From: Salpingoeca rosetta
Taxonomy: Eukaryota; Protista; Choanoflagellata
Assembly (NCBI GenBank): GCA_033442325.1
Contig: JAWQFM010000002.1
Location: 1,750,307-1,814,306 of the forward strand
DNA length: 64,000 nt
Direction: 5' to 3'
Shown here: piece by piece, positions 1 through 29,910 of the stretch
How the letters are laid out: each line of letters begins with the position of its first letter
How positions within the stretch are numbered: the first letter of the stretch is position 1
Program-made: the position numbers and the translations under genes
The notes under the pieces: model-generated
Databases searched by the model: none
What the model was told of the DNA's origin: nothing
What the model saw: only the letters and a program-made list of their open reading frames with translations

Positions 1-10
1 TAGACGGGAC

Positions 11-178
11 ATGAAGAAGAACTTGCTGTTCTACTCCAACAAGATCAAATCCAGTCCGTACGGCGACAAGATCGACACGATTCACAGGTTGCTGAGGGAA
101 GCTGGGTTTTCTCTCTTGCCTGTGCATGGTGCTTTTCTTTCGCTGTCATGGACGAGCATGACGACAAGCTGCACCCAG

Positions 179-268
<90 letters not shown>

Positions 269-2204
269 GGCGCGCACCATCGTGTGGTGTCACATCTGTT
301 TGGCAGGGTGTGGTGCAACCAGTTTGATAAGTTGGAGGAACACCACGGCTACATCCAGTGGCTGTTTCCCATTCACGAGAAAGGCATGGCCTTTGAATCG
401 CAGGTGTTGCAAGTACACGAGCGCGAGGCAATCAAATCACAGCCAAAGCTCATCACCAGGTGCGTTGCGTGTGTGTGTGTGTTTGTGTGTATGCGTGTGT
501 ATTTGTGTGCTTGTGTATGTCGTGTGTATTTTCGCTTGCTTGCTCGGTTTCGTGGTCGAACCATTTCGTCTCGTGCTGCTGCTGCTGCTGCTGCTCTTAC
601 TCCTACTACTGCTGCCGTGGTTTAGGTTTATCAAGTCGTACAAGATGATGCTCAAATTTTACGGCTTTCGCCTCGTCGACACGTACGTGGGTGGTGTTCA
701 GTGTGTGCAGTGTGGTGCGAGATGCGATGCGATCGTGTTTGCATGAATGCCTTCTGTCCATTGCGCTTTTTGTGTGCGCGTGCATGTATTTTGCGTGTGT
801 GCATGTGCGCATGTGTGTGCGTGTGCGTGTGTGCATGTGTGCGCGCGGGTGTGTGTGTGTTTGCGACACTGCAAGCTGTGCACTTCTTGTGCTTGTTGAT
901 CCCGCGTCACAACGTCACTTCGTCACCACGTCACCTCTTTGCCGCGTTATGTCTCAACCATCCTTGCGGGTGCAGGGAGACTGGTGAGATTGCGCTGAAT
1001 GAGAAGGCCTCGAAGCGCCACGACAACTTGAACCACCGCTATCACAACTATCTCCGCATCACGCGCATTCTGAAGAGCCTGGGCCTGTTTGGGCTGCCCC
1101 ACTACCAGTCGGCGTTTATGGCCGGCATGTTGCGCGCCATGATCACCCACCATCTCTTTCCAAACGCGAGATCAAGGTGTGTGGCTGTGAGCGTGAGTGA
1201 GTGGGTGTGTGCGCGAGTGAGTGAGTGAGTGAGTGAGTGAGTGAGTGAGTGAGTGAGTGAGTGAGTGAGTGAGTGAGTGAGTGAGTAAGTGAGTGAGTGA
1301 ATAAGTGTGTGAGTGAATAAGTGACTGTGGCTGTGACTGTGAGAGTGTGAGTATGAGTGTGATTAAGAGTTGCGTGTGCTTGTGTGGCTTGTTGTGCGAG
1401 CGCGCCGCTTCCTGTGAGCTGTTAGCCTGATGCTTCAGCATTCCGTTGCTTGTGCTGGTCCGCATGCCGTTTCGTGATCATCTCTTGCCTCACGGTTTGT
1501 CTGTCACAACCTCCGTTTTCGCCCTTTCTGTCACCCCTTCACCCCTTGTCCCTCCCTTATCCGTTCTCTCTTGCCACAGTTGTGCAGGCTTCTGGGTGAA
1601 TGCAGTGCTGAACGACGCGGACCGGGCGGCGCTGCAGCAAGTGATCACAGACCACAGCCGCGCGCCCAGCGCTCCGGCCTCACGCACCGTCTCGGACGCC
1701 CTGCTCATGGACTCGCTGGACATGTACGGGTTTGCCACGGACGACGACGACGACGACAGCGATGATGATGACGATGCGGAAGCAAACGGAGGCGAGGAGA
1801 CACACGAAGAAGGGAAGCTGAAGCATGCAAAGGAAGGGCCCGAGGACGACGAGGCCATCAGCGGCGGAGATGGTGTCGCCAGCGTGCACAAGCCGGGCGC
1901 AGCAAGCATGTCCAAGTACAGCCCGCAGGCGACGCGCCTGTCAAAGGCGCCCAAGTTTTCCACCGAGGGCGGTGACGGCGATGACGGCAATGACGGCGCA
2001 CGCACGAGTGACGACCGCTGTACCGAGGATGAGGATGTGGAGGCCGAGGGTGGTGTGGAGTGTGATGTGGAGGATGAGCGCGGCGACAACCAGAGCGCCA
2101 ACCAGAGCGACAACCAGAGCGACAACCAGAGCGACAACCAGAGCGCCAACCAGAGCGACAACCAGAGCGACAACCAGAGCGACGACGATGACGATGAAGC
2201 TTGA
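11..2204 (+). CDS. Opioid growth factor receptor (OGFr) conserved-domain protein with acidic C-terminal tail; spliced, possibly 5'-incomplete
   Basis: Exons ~11-87, 308-459, 626-682, 976-1176, 1580-2204 join in frame through GT-AG introns. Motifs LEEHHGYIQWLFPIHEKG, RFIKSYKMMLKFYGFRL and HNYLRITRILKSLGLFG match the OGFr domain. The window opens with TAG, so exon 1 may be an internal exon. Confidence 0.88.
2085..2180 (+). repeat. 12-bp coding tandem repeat (G[A/C]CAACCAGAGC) x8, encoding (D/A)NQS
   Basis: Eight contiguous copies read directly; variant order D-A-D-D-D-A-D-D. Confidence 0.95.
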
Positions 2205-2353
2205 GTGGGTGGCTTCGTGATGGCTTGAATATTGGTGTAAGATGTCTCATAAATTTCCGCAACCGCATCCTGAACAAGCGAAAAAGCGAAGAAGAAGGAA
2301 GTGAAGCAACAAACAGCAAGCAGGACGCAATTGCGCCATAAACACCACCACGC

Positions 2354-2384
<31 letters not shown>

Positions 2385-2483
2385 CACGCATAGACTCTCA
2401 TCCCGCACGCACGCTTCCACAACGACCACCTGCTTCCCCCTCCCCATCCAAACCATCCAAGTAAACACGCACACACACACACA

Positions 2484-3053
2484 ATGGCTGAGAAGCGGGA
2501 TGAAAGCAGCGGCGTGCTGCAGACGGTGGCCATGGAGCAGAAGAGCCAGCTGCTGGTGGACTCCAACCCAGAGGTGACAAAGCAGATGGTGTCCACGAGC
2601 GCCGTGCACCGCATGAACGACCCCAACGACCTGGTCACGCTCGCCCAATACGTGCAGACCGCAGACGACTTCACAAAGGCCACGGTGGGCGGGAAGCTGG
2701 AGCTCATCGCAGACCAGATTAAGGCATTGCAGGACCAGGCGCGGCAGGTGCTCGAGTCTGCAAAACGCGACGTCGAGCTGAACCACGCCAAGTGCAACTT
2801 CCGCCGCATCCCAGGCAAGGTGTACCACCTCTTCCGCAAGGAGAGCGACGGCTCTACATACTTCTCCATGCTGTCCCCCGAGGAGTGGGGCGACCGCGCC
2901 ACAGACACATTCATCGACTCGTATCGCCTGGAGTACGACATGAGCTGGACCCCGCTCTCCAAGATCCAGGAGCGCGACGAGCGTCGCCGACTGGACGCAC
3001 AGCTCCTCGGTGTCGACCGTGAGCAGGCAAAGCAGCTCTCCCTCGAGTGCTAG
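2484..3053 (+). CDS. C1orf50-like / DUF2452 protein, 189 aa, intronless
   Basis: Clean ORF with DLVTLAQYVQTADDF, KLELIADQIKALQ, LNHAKCNF..PGKVYHLF, YFSMLSPEEWG and SYRLEYDMSWTP, characteristic of the C1orf50 family. Confidence 0.88.
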   Translation: MAEKRDESSGVLQTVAMEQKSQLLVDSNPEVTKQMVSTSAVHRMNDPNDLVTLAQYVQTADDFTKATVGGKLELIADQIKALQDQARQVLESAKRDVELNHAKCNFRRIPGKVYHLFRKESDGSTYFSMLSPEEWGDRATDTFIDSYRLEYDMSWTPLSKIQERDERRRLDAQLLGVDREQAKQLSLEC

Positions 3054-3837
3054 CCAATGTGTATGTGTGCTTGTGTGTGCTTGTGTGTGCTTGTGTGCTT
3101 GTGTGTGTGTGCCCGTGTGTGTGCTTGTGTGCACGTGTGTGCACGTGTGTGTGTGCACGTGTGTGTGTGTGTGCACGTGTGTGCACGCGTGTGCACGTGT
3201 ACTCGTGTTTGTGTGCACGTGTGTATGTACTTGTGTATGTATGTCTTCACGCGTATGTACGTGTGTGTATGTGTGTGTTCTTGTTTGTGTACTTGTGTGC
3301 TTGTGTCCGTATGTGCTCGTCTCCCCTTCTCCTTTACACGGGTACGCCTTGCTTGTGAGTGTGGATAGGCAGCTTAGTAGTACGTGACGTGATTGATGGC
3401 GTGCTTGTGATGTGTAGTTGTTTGCTGGCTCACGCGCCAGTTGCAGTTTGGCTCTTTTTGTTTCAGTGTGCGTCCTTGGTTCACATTCACGTCAGTTTGG
3501 TTCGTTCAGTCTCAGATACATATAAACAACCCCGTCACCATGTCATCACAACCGCACCACCACCACCACCACGACCATGAGTGTGACGGCTATGGACAAG
3601 CGAGCTAGAGCAGAGGCAGCCAAATGCGCACACGCACACACGCACATAGACACAGGCGCACAGACAGACAGACACACACACACAGACAGACGCACAGACA
3701 CACAGACGCACAGACACACAGACAGACGGACACAGACAGACGCACAGACACACAGACGCACAGACACACAGACGCACAGACAGACGGACACACACACACA
3801 CACACACACACAGACGCACACACACACGCACACAACA

Positions 3838-4384
3838 TCAAGAGGAGCTTGTGTGGGTGTCGGTGGTGGTGAGGCCGAGAATCTTCAAGCATGTGTCTGC
3901 GTACTCCCTAAAGATGGCGACGTTGGCCATGGCCTTCTGTACTTCCCGCGCAGGCGCCCGTGCGGTGCTCACGCGCTTCAGGGTGGCCTGCAGGTGCGGG
4001 TTGGCCAGCTGTGCTCGCACCTCCTTGGTGGCAGACAGAAGGTCCAACAGCTGCCCCGGCACCTGGTCATCCTCGGTGATGGTCGGTGCTTGCTCGCCAC
4101 GTTCCCCGCCAGCGTTTGCCACTGCACCTGGCTCGGTGCTGGGCGCAGGCTCGCAAGGCACCTGCTTGTGCTGCTTGTAGCACTTGAGAGAGCAGTAGCG
4201 CAGTTCACACCGTGGGCACTTGTACTTTGGATTCTCCTCCGTGCACACGCCGCACAGCCGTGCCTGCTGCTGGTGTGGTTGCTTACTGTGTTGCGGCTGT
4301 CTCTGTTGTGGCAGTTGTTGTTGTTGCTTCTGCTGCTGTTGCGGTCGTTGGTGAGGTGTTGTGGGCTTGGCGCTTGTCGATCGC

Positions 4385-4454
<70 letters not shown>

Positions 4455-5193
4455 GCTGCTGCTGCTGCAGCTGTTGTTGTTGTTGTTGTTGTTGCTGCTG
4501 CTGTTGTTGCTGCTGTGGCGTGGATGTGCCATGTGCACTTGCGAGCCGCTTGTTGACGCAGTCTGTCTTGATCGTGTCGACAACTGCCTCTGTGGTCTCC
4601 TCTTTCATTTTGGCTTGGTCGTCCTGTGATTGCTGGTCCACACCCACTTGCCTGTGGCTGGATTGCCGCGCACGCTTGGTCGCGGGTTCCTCATCGTAGC
4701 ACTGCTGCCGTACCTGTTGTTGCAGCTGTTGTTGTTGTTGTTGCTGTTTCTGCTGTTTCTGCTCACCCTTTGCCTCCACGTCTTGTGCTTGCTCTTGGTC
4801 TTGTGCTTGCCCTTGCGCCTGATCTTCCGGCCCTTGAGCTTGTCCCTGATCTTGTGGCTTCTTGTCCTTGCGCGCGGGATGGTCGTGGTGCTTGGCGCTG
4901 CCCGTGATGGCTGGGTTGAGCGTGAGCGATGACGACTGCCACGGCTGCACCACGTGCTCTGCATCATCGCCACCACCTTGATTTCTCCTGTGGAAGCGGC
5001 CTCCTCCCCTTCCGCCCCTTCCCCTGCCTCTTCCGCGATGTCCACGCCCCCTGTATCCACCTCTACGTCCTCCACGCTGCCCTCTTCCTCCCCTGCCCCT
5101 GCCCCTGCCCCTGCCTCTGCCTCTGCCTCTCCCTCTGCCTCTCCCACCACGTTGCTGCTGCCGTGGCGAGCACGTTGCGCTGGCGGCTTCCAT
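3838..5193 (-). CDS. ZNHIT3: Zinc finger HIT protein (ZNHIT3/Hit1-like) with N-terminal RGG box and polyQ tracts; start codon uncertain (5193 preferred)
   Basis: zf-HIT CGVCTEENPKYKCPRCELRYCSLKCYKQHK followed by ZNHIT3-like C-terminal helices (DQVPGQLLDLLSATKEVRAQLANPHLQ...FREYADTCLKIL). RG/RGG tract at ~4990-5150; polyQ at ~4385-4512. Confidence 0.8.
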
Positions 5194-5335
5194 ATCTTCG
5201 TGTGTCGCCTGTCGCACGTATTTTGAGAAGGAAAACGAGAGGAAGGACACAAGACCGCCAACAACGCACAGATACCCAGCAGCGCACACCCACGCAACGC
5301 ACATCGTCGCTTCAGACTGCTGGCCATCTTGCGGG
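5194..5335. promoter_or_regulatory. Putative compact bidirectional promoter/5' region between ZNHIT3 and dymeclin
   Basis: Divergent ATGs at 5193(-) and 5336(+), separated by 142 bp. Confidence 0.5.
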
Positions 5336-11421
<6,086 letters not shown>

Positions 11422-11427
11422 CACCAG

Positions 11428-11539
<112 letters not shown>

Positions 11540-12148
11540 GAATTATCGTGTCTCTCCTGGCTCTGTTTATCTCCCTCAAGCAACCCCCTTTCCCCCAAAT
11601 CAGCCCTCGCGCACATGTCGTCGTCGTCGCTCGGCCATTCGTTTGTATTTGTGATAGGATTGGTTGTTTCTTGAAATGCACGGCGTATATGTGTACAGAA
11701 AGACGAACACGAAATGCATAACCACAACATCAATACAGCAATCGGTTTGAGATGGGTAGCCGCCACTCCGTGCACACCCGTGATGACGACGATGGTGGTG
11801 GTGGTGGTGGGGTCAGAAAGAAAAAGCACAAATGCACAACAACAACACCAGGAATCAAATAAATGACGCACATGTGCTTCAAATACATATGCACACGTGC
11901 GTGTGGTGTGGTGTCCAACATTCAGACACCAACGCACAACAAAGAATAATTCAACAGTACGAAAGAAAAAAATTGCACCGAAAAGGAACACACAACAAGA
12001 AGATTGAACAGATGTAAGGAAAGACTTGAGGTAACGATCAGCACAAGACACAACCCATGCACATACACACCCATCACCGCACACAAAACAAACACATTAT
12101 CTCCCCTTCATCCACGCACATGCACCATCACCCTCTTTCCGCGTTCCT

Positions 12149-17392
<5,244 letters not shown>

Positions 17393-17696
17393 GGCGTCAG
17401 TGACCGTTCCCTTTTGCACTGCTCGCCTCCTCCGCTGTGGTGCCAGACACAACAATCAAACCAAAACAACAACAACAACACCCTCAGCAAGCGATGACGA
17501 AGTCAGTTGTGCCCGCCTTGTTGCCTTGCTTTTGCTTGTAACGCCTTCTTGCTGTCCTCTCACTCGCGCACACAACAAGCAAGGTTGTAGAAAGTTGTTG
17601 AAAATACACGCAATTTTCTACCCACACCAACAAGCCAACAAGGTCACATCACAAAGCACACACCGTCAGCCATCACACACAAGCAACAGCGCGAAG

Positions 17697-20120
17697 ATGA
17701 GCAAGTCCGTGACGGAGACCAGCAATGAGCTGACGGATGGGCTGGACATGGCAAGCCCGGAGCAGATTGTGCGCTTGCTGCGTCAGGCTGATGCGCAGAT
17801 GTTCAGTGGGTGGCGCGAATTCCCAGGCATCAATGACACCTCCACTATCGACACCATGGCGGAGCTTGCTGAGGTCGCTTCCACCATCCTTGCCGCCTCA
17901 CCGCACACCAAGCCCGCGCGGCGGACAGCAGCCAAGGGGCAGGGCTTCAAGCTGTCGGCGTCTGCAAACACCTCTGCCAAGGCCACGTCCCCGATGACGT
18001 GCGTGCACTCGCCGACTCTTGCTGCGTCCGTGTACGCGACATCAAGGGTCGTCATCACTGGCAGCGGCACGTCTGGTCGCATGGCCTTCTTCATCTGCCG
18101 CGCCTTCAATGAGATGATGCTGCGGTCCGGCCGCGCCCCTTGCTTTGAGTACCTGCATGCAGGAGAAGATCCGGCCCTGTTCGTGTCGCGGGAGGCTCCC
18201 GAGGACAACTGGCAGCTGGCGCAGCGCCGCCTGGCAGAGGTCATGTCCCGCTCCGAGCGCATCATGCTCGTCGGCATCACGTGCGGCCTCTCGGCCCCGT
18301 TTGTCGCCAGCCAGCTCGAGTATGCCATGGGCTTCCTCAACTCCAAGGTGCACGCCGTGGCCCTGCTCGGATTCAACCCCGTGGAGCGCGCACGCAACGC
18401 GCCCGTCGAGGGCTGGCACCGCACGGTCGCCGACGTCGTGCAGGAGATGGCACGGCGCAGGGCGGAGGGCGAGCCCTGCTTCATCCTCAACCCCGTCGTT
18501 GGACCAGAGGCCGTCACAGGGTCCACGCGCATGAAGGGCGGTTCGGCCACCAAGTTCCTGCTGGAGATTGTGTTTGAGCGGGCGTTTGTGGCCATGGCTG
18601 CCAACGTGGCGACACCTGGCCCGTCCACGCCGTCAACACCGGAAACCCGGCGCCGTGGCAGCCGCGACTGCAGGGCGGATCGGCGCACGCACTCGCCATC
18701 GCCAGCCCGCGCAACAAGCGGCGCAGTCTCGTCATCATCACAGGAGACCGCTACCGTGGACTCGGCCACCGCAGCAACGACGACGCCGACGACAGTACCA
18801 GCCGAGCCAGCAGCCACGGCAGCCACTGCACCAACGGCAGCCACGGCAGAACAAGGGTCCTCCAACAACCATCACACCCTGCAGAGCATCCTGTTCCCGT
18901 TCCTGCGTCGCCACCACCAGCAGCACCATCACCGCCACCACCAGCGCCACCATCACCGCCGCACTGGCAGCGCCACATCGTCACCCGACAGCCAACAGCA
19001 GCAGCAGCAGCAGTCGCAGCTGTGCGAGGGCGGGTGTCTTGGACGCGCCAGCATCAGCGCTCTCCTGATGAACTATGAGGCAGCGGTGCGCGCCACGTAT
19101 CTTTCGCTTGTCGATATTGCCACTGTTGTTGCCATGGGAGCTGAGGCCCTGAGCAAGGGCGGGCACATCTACTACCTCGGCCGCAACTCATATGGCCTTG
19201 CCGCCGTGATTGACGCGAGCGAGTGCCAGCCCACGTACAATGCGCGCTTCGAGGATGTGCGTGCGTTCCTGTGTGGCGGGTATGCGACGCTGCGCAACGT
19301 GCAGGGCGACCTGTCGTCCCACTCGCGTGACTTCCGCCTCGGTTGGTGCCACTTCGGCGAGGACATTGTGCCGACGCTGACTTCACACGACCTCGTCGTT
19401 GTCGTGGATGGCGCGTACACGTGTGCAGACACGCCGGCGGCGATGGAGGACGAGAAGCTGCTGCCGTCCATCCTGACGGACGTCAAGGCCAAGGGCGCCG
19501 CGCTCGTTGCAGCCGTGGTCGGTGATGTGCAGTGCAAGGCCACCTCCCACCCGGTCTACGCATCATCGTCATCATCATCATCACCATCATCATCGTCATC
19601 ATCGCCTGTGGATGAGGTGTTACAGCAGGAGTTGTCGAGCCCACAGCGTTTTGATTTTGTTCTGCGCGTGGATCTGCAGCACGTGGCGTTTGATACGCTC
19701 CCCATCCCCGTGTTTGCTGAAATTGCGATGAAGCTCGTTCTAAACGCAATTACAACAGGCGCGTTTGTCCTCACGGGCAAAGTCATGAAGAACCGCATGA
19801 TCGACCTGCAGGTACTTTCGTTTTGCGTGTGCGTGTGTGTGTGTTTGCGTGTGTGTATGTGTGTGTTTGCGTGTGTATGTGTGTGTGTGTGTGTTTGCGT
19901 GTGTGGGTGGGGGACTGAGCTTTCCTGAAGCAATCTACACCCGGTTCAACTGCGACCGTCTGTCACTCACGTCTGGTCGATGCCTCGTGGCGACAGGTGA
20001 GCAACAACAAGTTGTTCTTCCGCTCGCTGGGAATCATCCAGGAGTTTTCGGGCGTGAGCGAAACACACGCGCGCACCGCTCTCCTCCGCTCCATTTACGA
20101 CTGCACAGACGTCTCAAAGG

Positions 20121-20189
<69 letters not shown>

Positions 20190-20476
20190 GGTACGAATCA
20201 ATTGTGGCGTCACTGTTCATGGTCTTGTTTGCTCACGGGCGCCAATGTTACCATCGTCCACGTGCGTGTGTGCATGCGTTCATGTGTGGCCGTCAGGTGT
20301 GTGATGCGCCCATCAGCCAGCACATCCGCAGCGCCGTCGCTGCTGCCCAGGCCGCCCATCGCGTCGTCCCAACAGCGGTCGTTCTCGCGTCCCAGCCCGA
20401 TCTCTCCCCAGACGCAGCGAGGAAGCTGCTGGCTGCACACCCCATTGTCGCACACGCCCTCAGCGAACTCAACTAG
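17697..20476 (+). CDS. GCKR: Glucokinase regulatory protein homolog / tandem double-SIS MurQ-like (putative N-acetylmuramate-6-phosphate etherase)
   Basis: Exons 17697-19811, 19997-20122, 20297-20476. Motifs VTETSNELT..LDMAS..IVRLLRQAD, GSGTSGRMAF, SREAPED, VGITCGLSAPFVA, LGFNPVERAR, LNPVVGPEAVTGSTRMKGGSATK, DASECQPTY and MKLVLNAITTGAFVLTGKVMKNRMIDLQVSNNKLFFR. Confidence 0.92.
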
Positions 20477-21057
20477 GCATGTGAAGCACTCTCTGTAGTT
20501 TTGTTTGTTTGTGTCTGTGTCTGTGTGTGTGTGTCTGTGTGTGTGTGTGTGTCTGTATTCGTGCGCAATTTCCAGAGTGAACCTCTTTTTCTCCTTGCGC
20601 GTGTCTGTATGTCTCTCTGTGCGCATGCTTCTCCCTGTGTGTGCTGTGTGATGGATTAGGGCTTTGCATCGAAACTACACTTTGATTGTCTGCCGACATC
20701 GGTTTGCGTTTGTGCACGTGCGGTTTTGGATGTGGGAATGAACAAACATGTCAAACATAGCCAAGACAAGCGATGCACGTATGAACACTGTGGGAAGGAA
20801 GGAACGAAAGGAGGGGAGCGAATTGTCAGCGTGCAATGCAGCCACAGGATGTTCGATTAAACACACATGAAATGAATGGGGTGGGATTGAGAGCGGAAAC
20901 AACGGACCAGTCCGCGCGAAGAAAAGCGAAAGCGCGAGCGAGGAGAGGGGAGGGGGGCAATGCAAGCCAAGAAGGAACGGAACTTACAGTGCAAGTTTAT
21001 ACACGCACAGGTGCATTGGTTCACAGTTACACAGACACACCTGCAAACAAACACCTA

Positions 21058-27456
<6,399 letters not shown>

Positions 27457-27652
27457 CCTCCACTGCTGCTCACTTGCTTGCTCGCTCGCTCGTTTTGTTG
27501 TCTTGTTCGCTGGCTGTCGTTGGCGACGGCCGCTTCGACTGAATTCAGTCTGTACCTAGCGACAGCATTAAATACAACGGCGGTCGACCCGAGCAGCAGC
27601 AGCAAACGAACCAAACCACGTGTTTGCACAACCACCTGCCCGCACTGTCATC
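27457..27652. promoter_or_regulatory. Putative bidirectional promoter between the uncharacterised coiled-coil gene and WDR18
   Basis: Divergent ATGs 196 bp apart; AT-rich core GCATTAAATAC at ~27565-27575. Confidence 0.5.
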
Positions 27653-28839
27653 ATGAGCGAGGTGGCCGTCCTCAGTCGAGCTGTGCCCACGAGCGATGGC
27701 AAGGGCATCAGCATCAATGTGTGGAACCAATCCAACGGTGAGCAGTCGTTGCATTCGGCTGGGTTGTGTCTGTCTGTCTGTGTGAGTGTGTGTGTCTGTG
27801 TGTGTGCATGTGTGCGCACGTGTGTCTGCGTGTGCGTGTGTGTGTGTGTGTGTGCACGCGCGCGTGGATGTGTGTGTCTGTGTGTGTATGTGTGCGTATG
27901 TGTGTGCGTGCACTGCCGGCTGCATACGCTCTGTGCTACGTGTGCGGGACTCACGCGCGCAAACACGCATACTCGTGGTAGGATCATACCTGAAGGTGTT
28001 CCTGTCGGGACTGTGCGCGCCACGCACAGTCGTGCCCTTGAAGCAGTTCCTTGTGGCCTCACAAGCTGAGAAAGGTGCAATCATCTTCTGGAGATGGAAT
28101 CAGGTAGGGTGGGCAGATGAGGCGTGCGCTGACGCTTCAATTCGCAAGAGCATCACTTATACGCACGCACATGTGCACACACACACACACATGCACGCAC
28201 ACATGCGCCACTCACACAAACATTCACGAACAAATGCACGCACGCATGCATACACTCGCTTGCACGTACAAAACGCAAATGCGCGCACTCATACATACAC
28301 GCGTACATGCACTGATTTACTCTGCCTCCTTGTCATCATGGCTTCGTTACTTGAATAGGACAAGCCTGTGATTAGGATCCCGATGTCCGAGCGCATCACT
28401 GGTCTGGCCTGTACACAAAATGCACAGCTGTGCTTTGGAGGCTCTGCTCAAGGCACCTTGTTCGTCTGGCAGGTGCGCGTAACGGCTGTGGTTCATGAGA
28501 ACAACACCGGCACTGTGTAACTCCCTGCGCCAGCTCATACCTGGCCCCTTGCGTCTCTAACCCACATCTGTATTCTGCTGCTCCCGTAACACCGTGCTTC
28601 CACGTGTTTTCTGCGCTTTTGGCGGGGGGCTAACGTGCTCCTTTCCCCAACCTTGATCACCATGCTCTCGCAGATCACCACGGGAAAGCTGTTGTGTCGC
28701 ATCAACGCTGCACATTACAGGGGCATCAGCCAATGCAGCCTGACATCGGATGACTCTCACCTCGTCACTGCAGGCGAGGACGGCATCGTTCGCGTCTGGT
28801 CCGTCGCCAGGTCGGTCCGCACAGAGACAGAGAGAGAGA

Positions 28840-28871
<32 letters not shown>

Positions 28872-29857
28872 GAGTGCGTGTGTGTGTTTGACGTGCTCGC
28901 GCACATGATCTTCTTGACACTCGCCAGAAGATGCAAGCTTGTAAATGTCCATCCGTGCGATCTCACCTCTATGTACCATTCCCATACTACACACACCATA
29001 CACCACACACACACACACACACACTGCACACACCACACACACCTCAAACAACTCGCACGGTAGCCTGGTGAGCGCGGCGCCTGCGAATCGAGGGCAGTCG
29101 ATGCTGGCGCAGACAAAGAAACCGCTGCACACCCTCCACAAACACACGCTCGCCGTCTCCTCCATGTGCATCAGCAAAAGTGCGTGGCGTGTGTCAAGGC
29201 ACAGGCCTGCTGATTGATCCTGCACTGCTGCCTCTTGTTCTCGTTCCGTTGAAACTGCAGCATTCTTGTGCCATCCTCCTCACCTGAACCACATCTCCAC
29301 ATGTGCCATCAACCTCATTGCCCATCTCTAGCACTTTGCTCACTTGCGCGTGTGTTCACTGGCGGCCATGACCGCGCCTGTCACGTAAGCGACGCGTGTG
29401 GCTGCAAAGTGTCGGGTGCTGCGCGATCTGGCGACTGCTCTTGCCCGAACATAGCTTGCACTTTCCCCACCAAACACATACAAATGCACACACGCACACG
29501 CGCGCACACATGCACACGCATACACGCGCACACACACACGCACATGCATGCACACGCACACATGCGTGCACGCAAGTGTTAACCTCACCATCCCCGTGTT
29601 TCTCCCCTTGATCGTGTGCTGCAGATCTGGGAGCTGTCGACTGGGGAGCTGCTCGGATCGCTGACGTTTGAGGACGAGGTGACGTCGCTCGCCCTCGATC
29701 CCGCTGAGACGTTTCTCTACGTCGGTCTCGCAAACGGCGTCATCCACCGTATCTGCCTCCATGACACGGTGAGCTGATGCAAACGCGCTTATGCTCCTTG
29801 TTGTTGGCGGGTTTGCTACAATTTGTTCGTTGTGCCTCCCTTGACGTGTCAACATGC

Positions 29858-29910
<53 letters not shown>

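Noticed and set aside
2210-2280. Box C/D snoRNA candidate (GTGATGG...CTGA)
   Set aside because: Imperfect C box, no terminal stem and no recognisable rRNA guide sequence.
1490-2962. 490-aa minus-strand ORF, and similar long antisense ORFs at 17783-18868, 42041-43384 and 49201-50235
   Set aside because: Antisense shadows of GC-rich coding exons; no independent motifs.
17697-19811. Recent bacterial horizontal transfer of the MurQ-like gene (2.1-kb first exon)
   Set aside because: It has the eukaryotic duplicated GKRP architecture, two introns, host-like low-complexity insertions and host-like codon usage.
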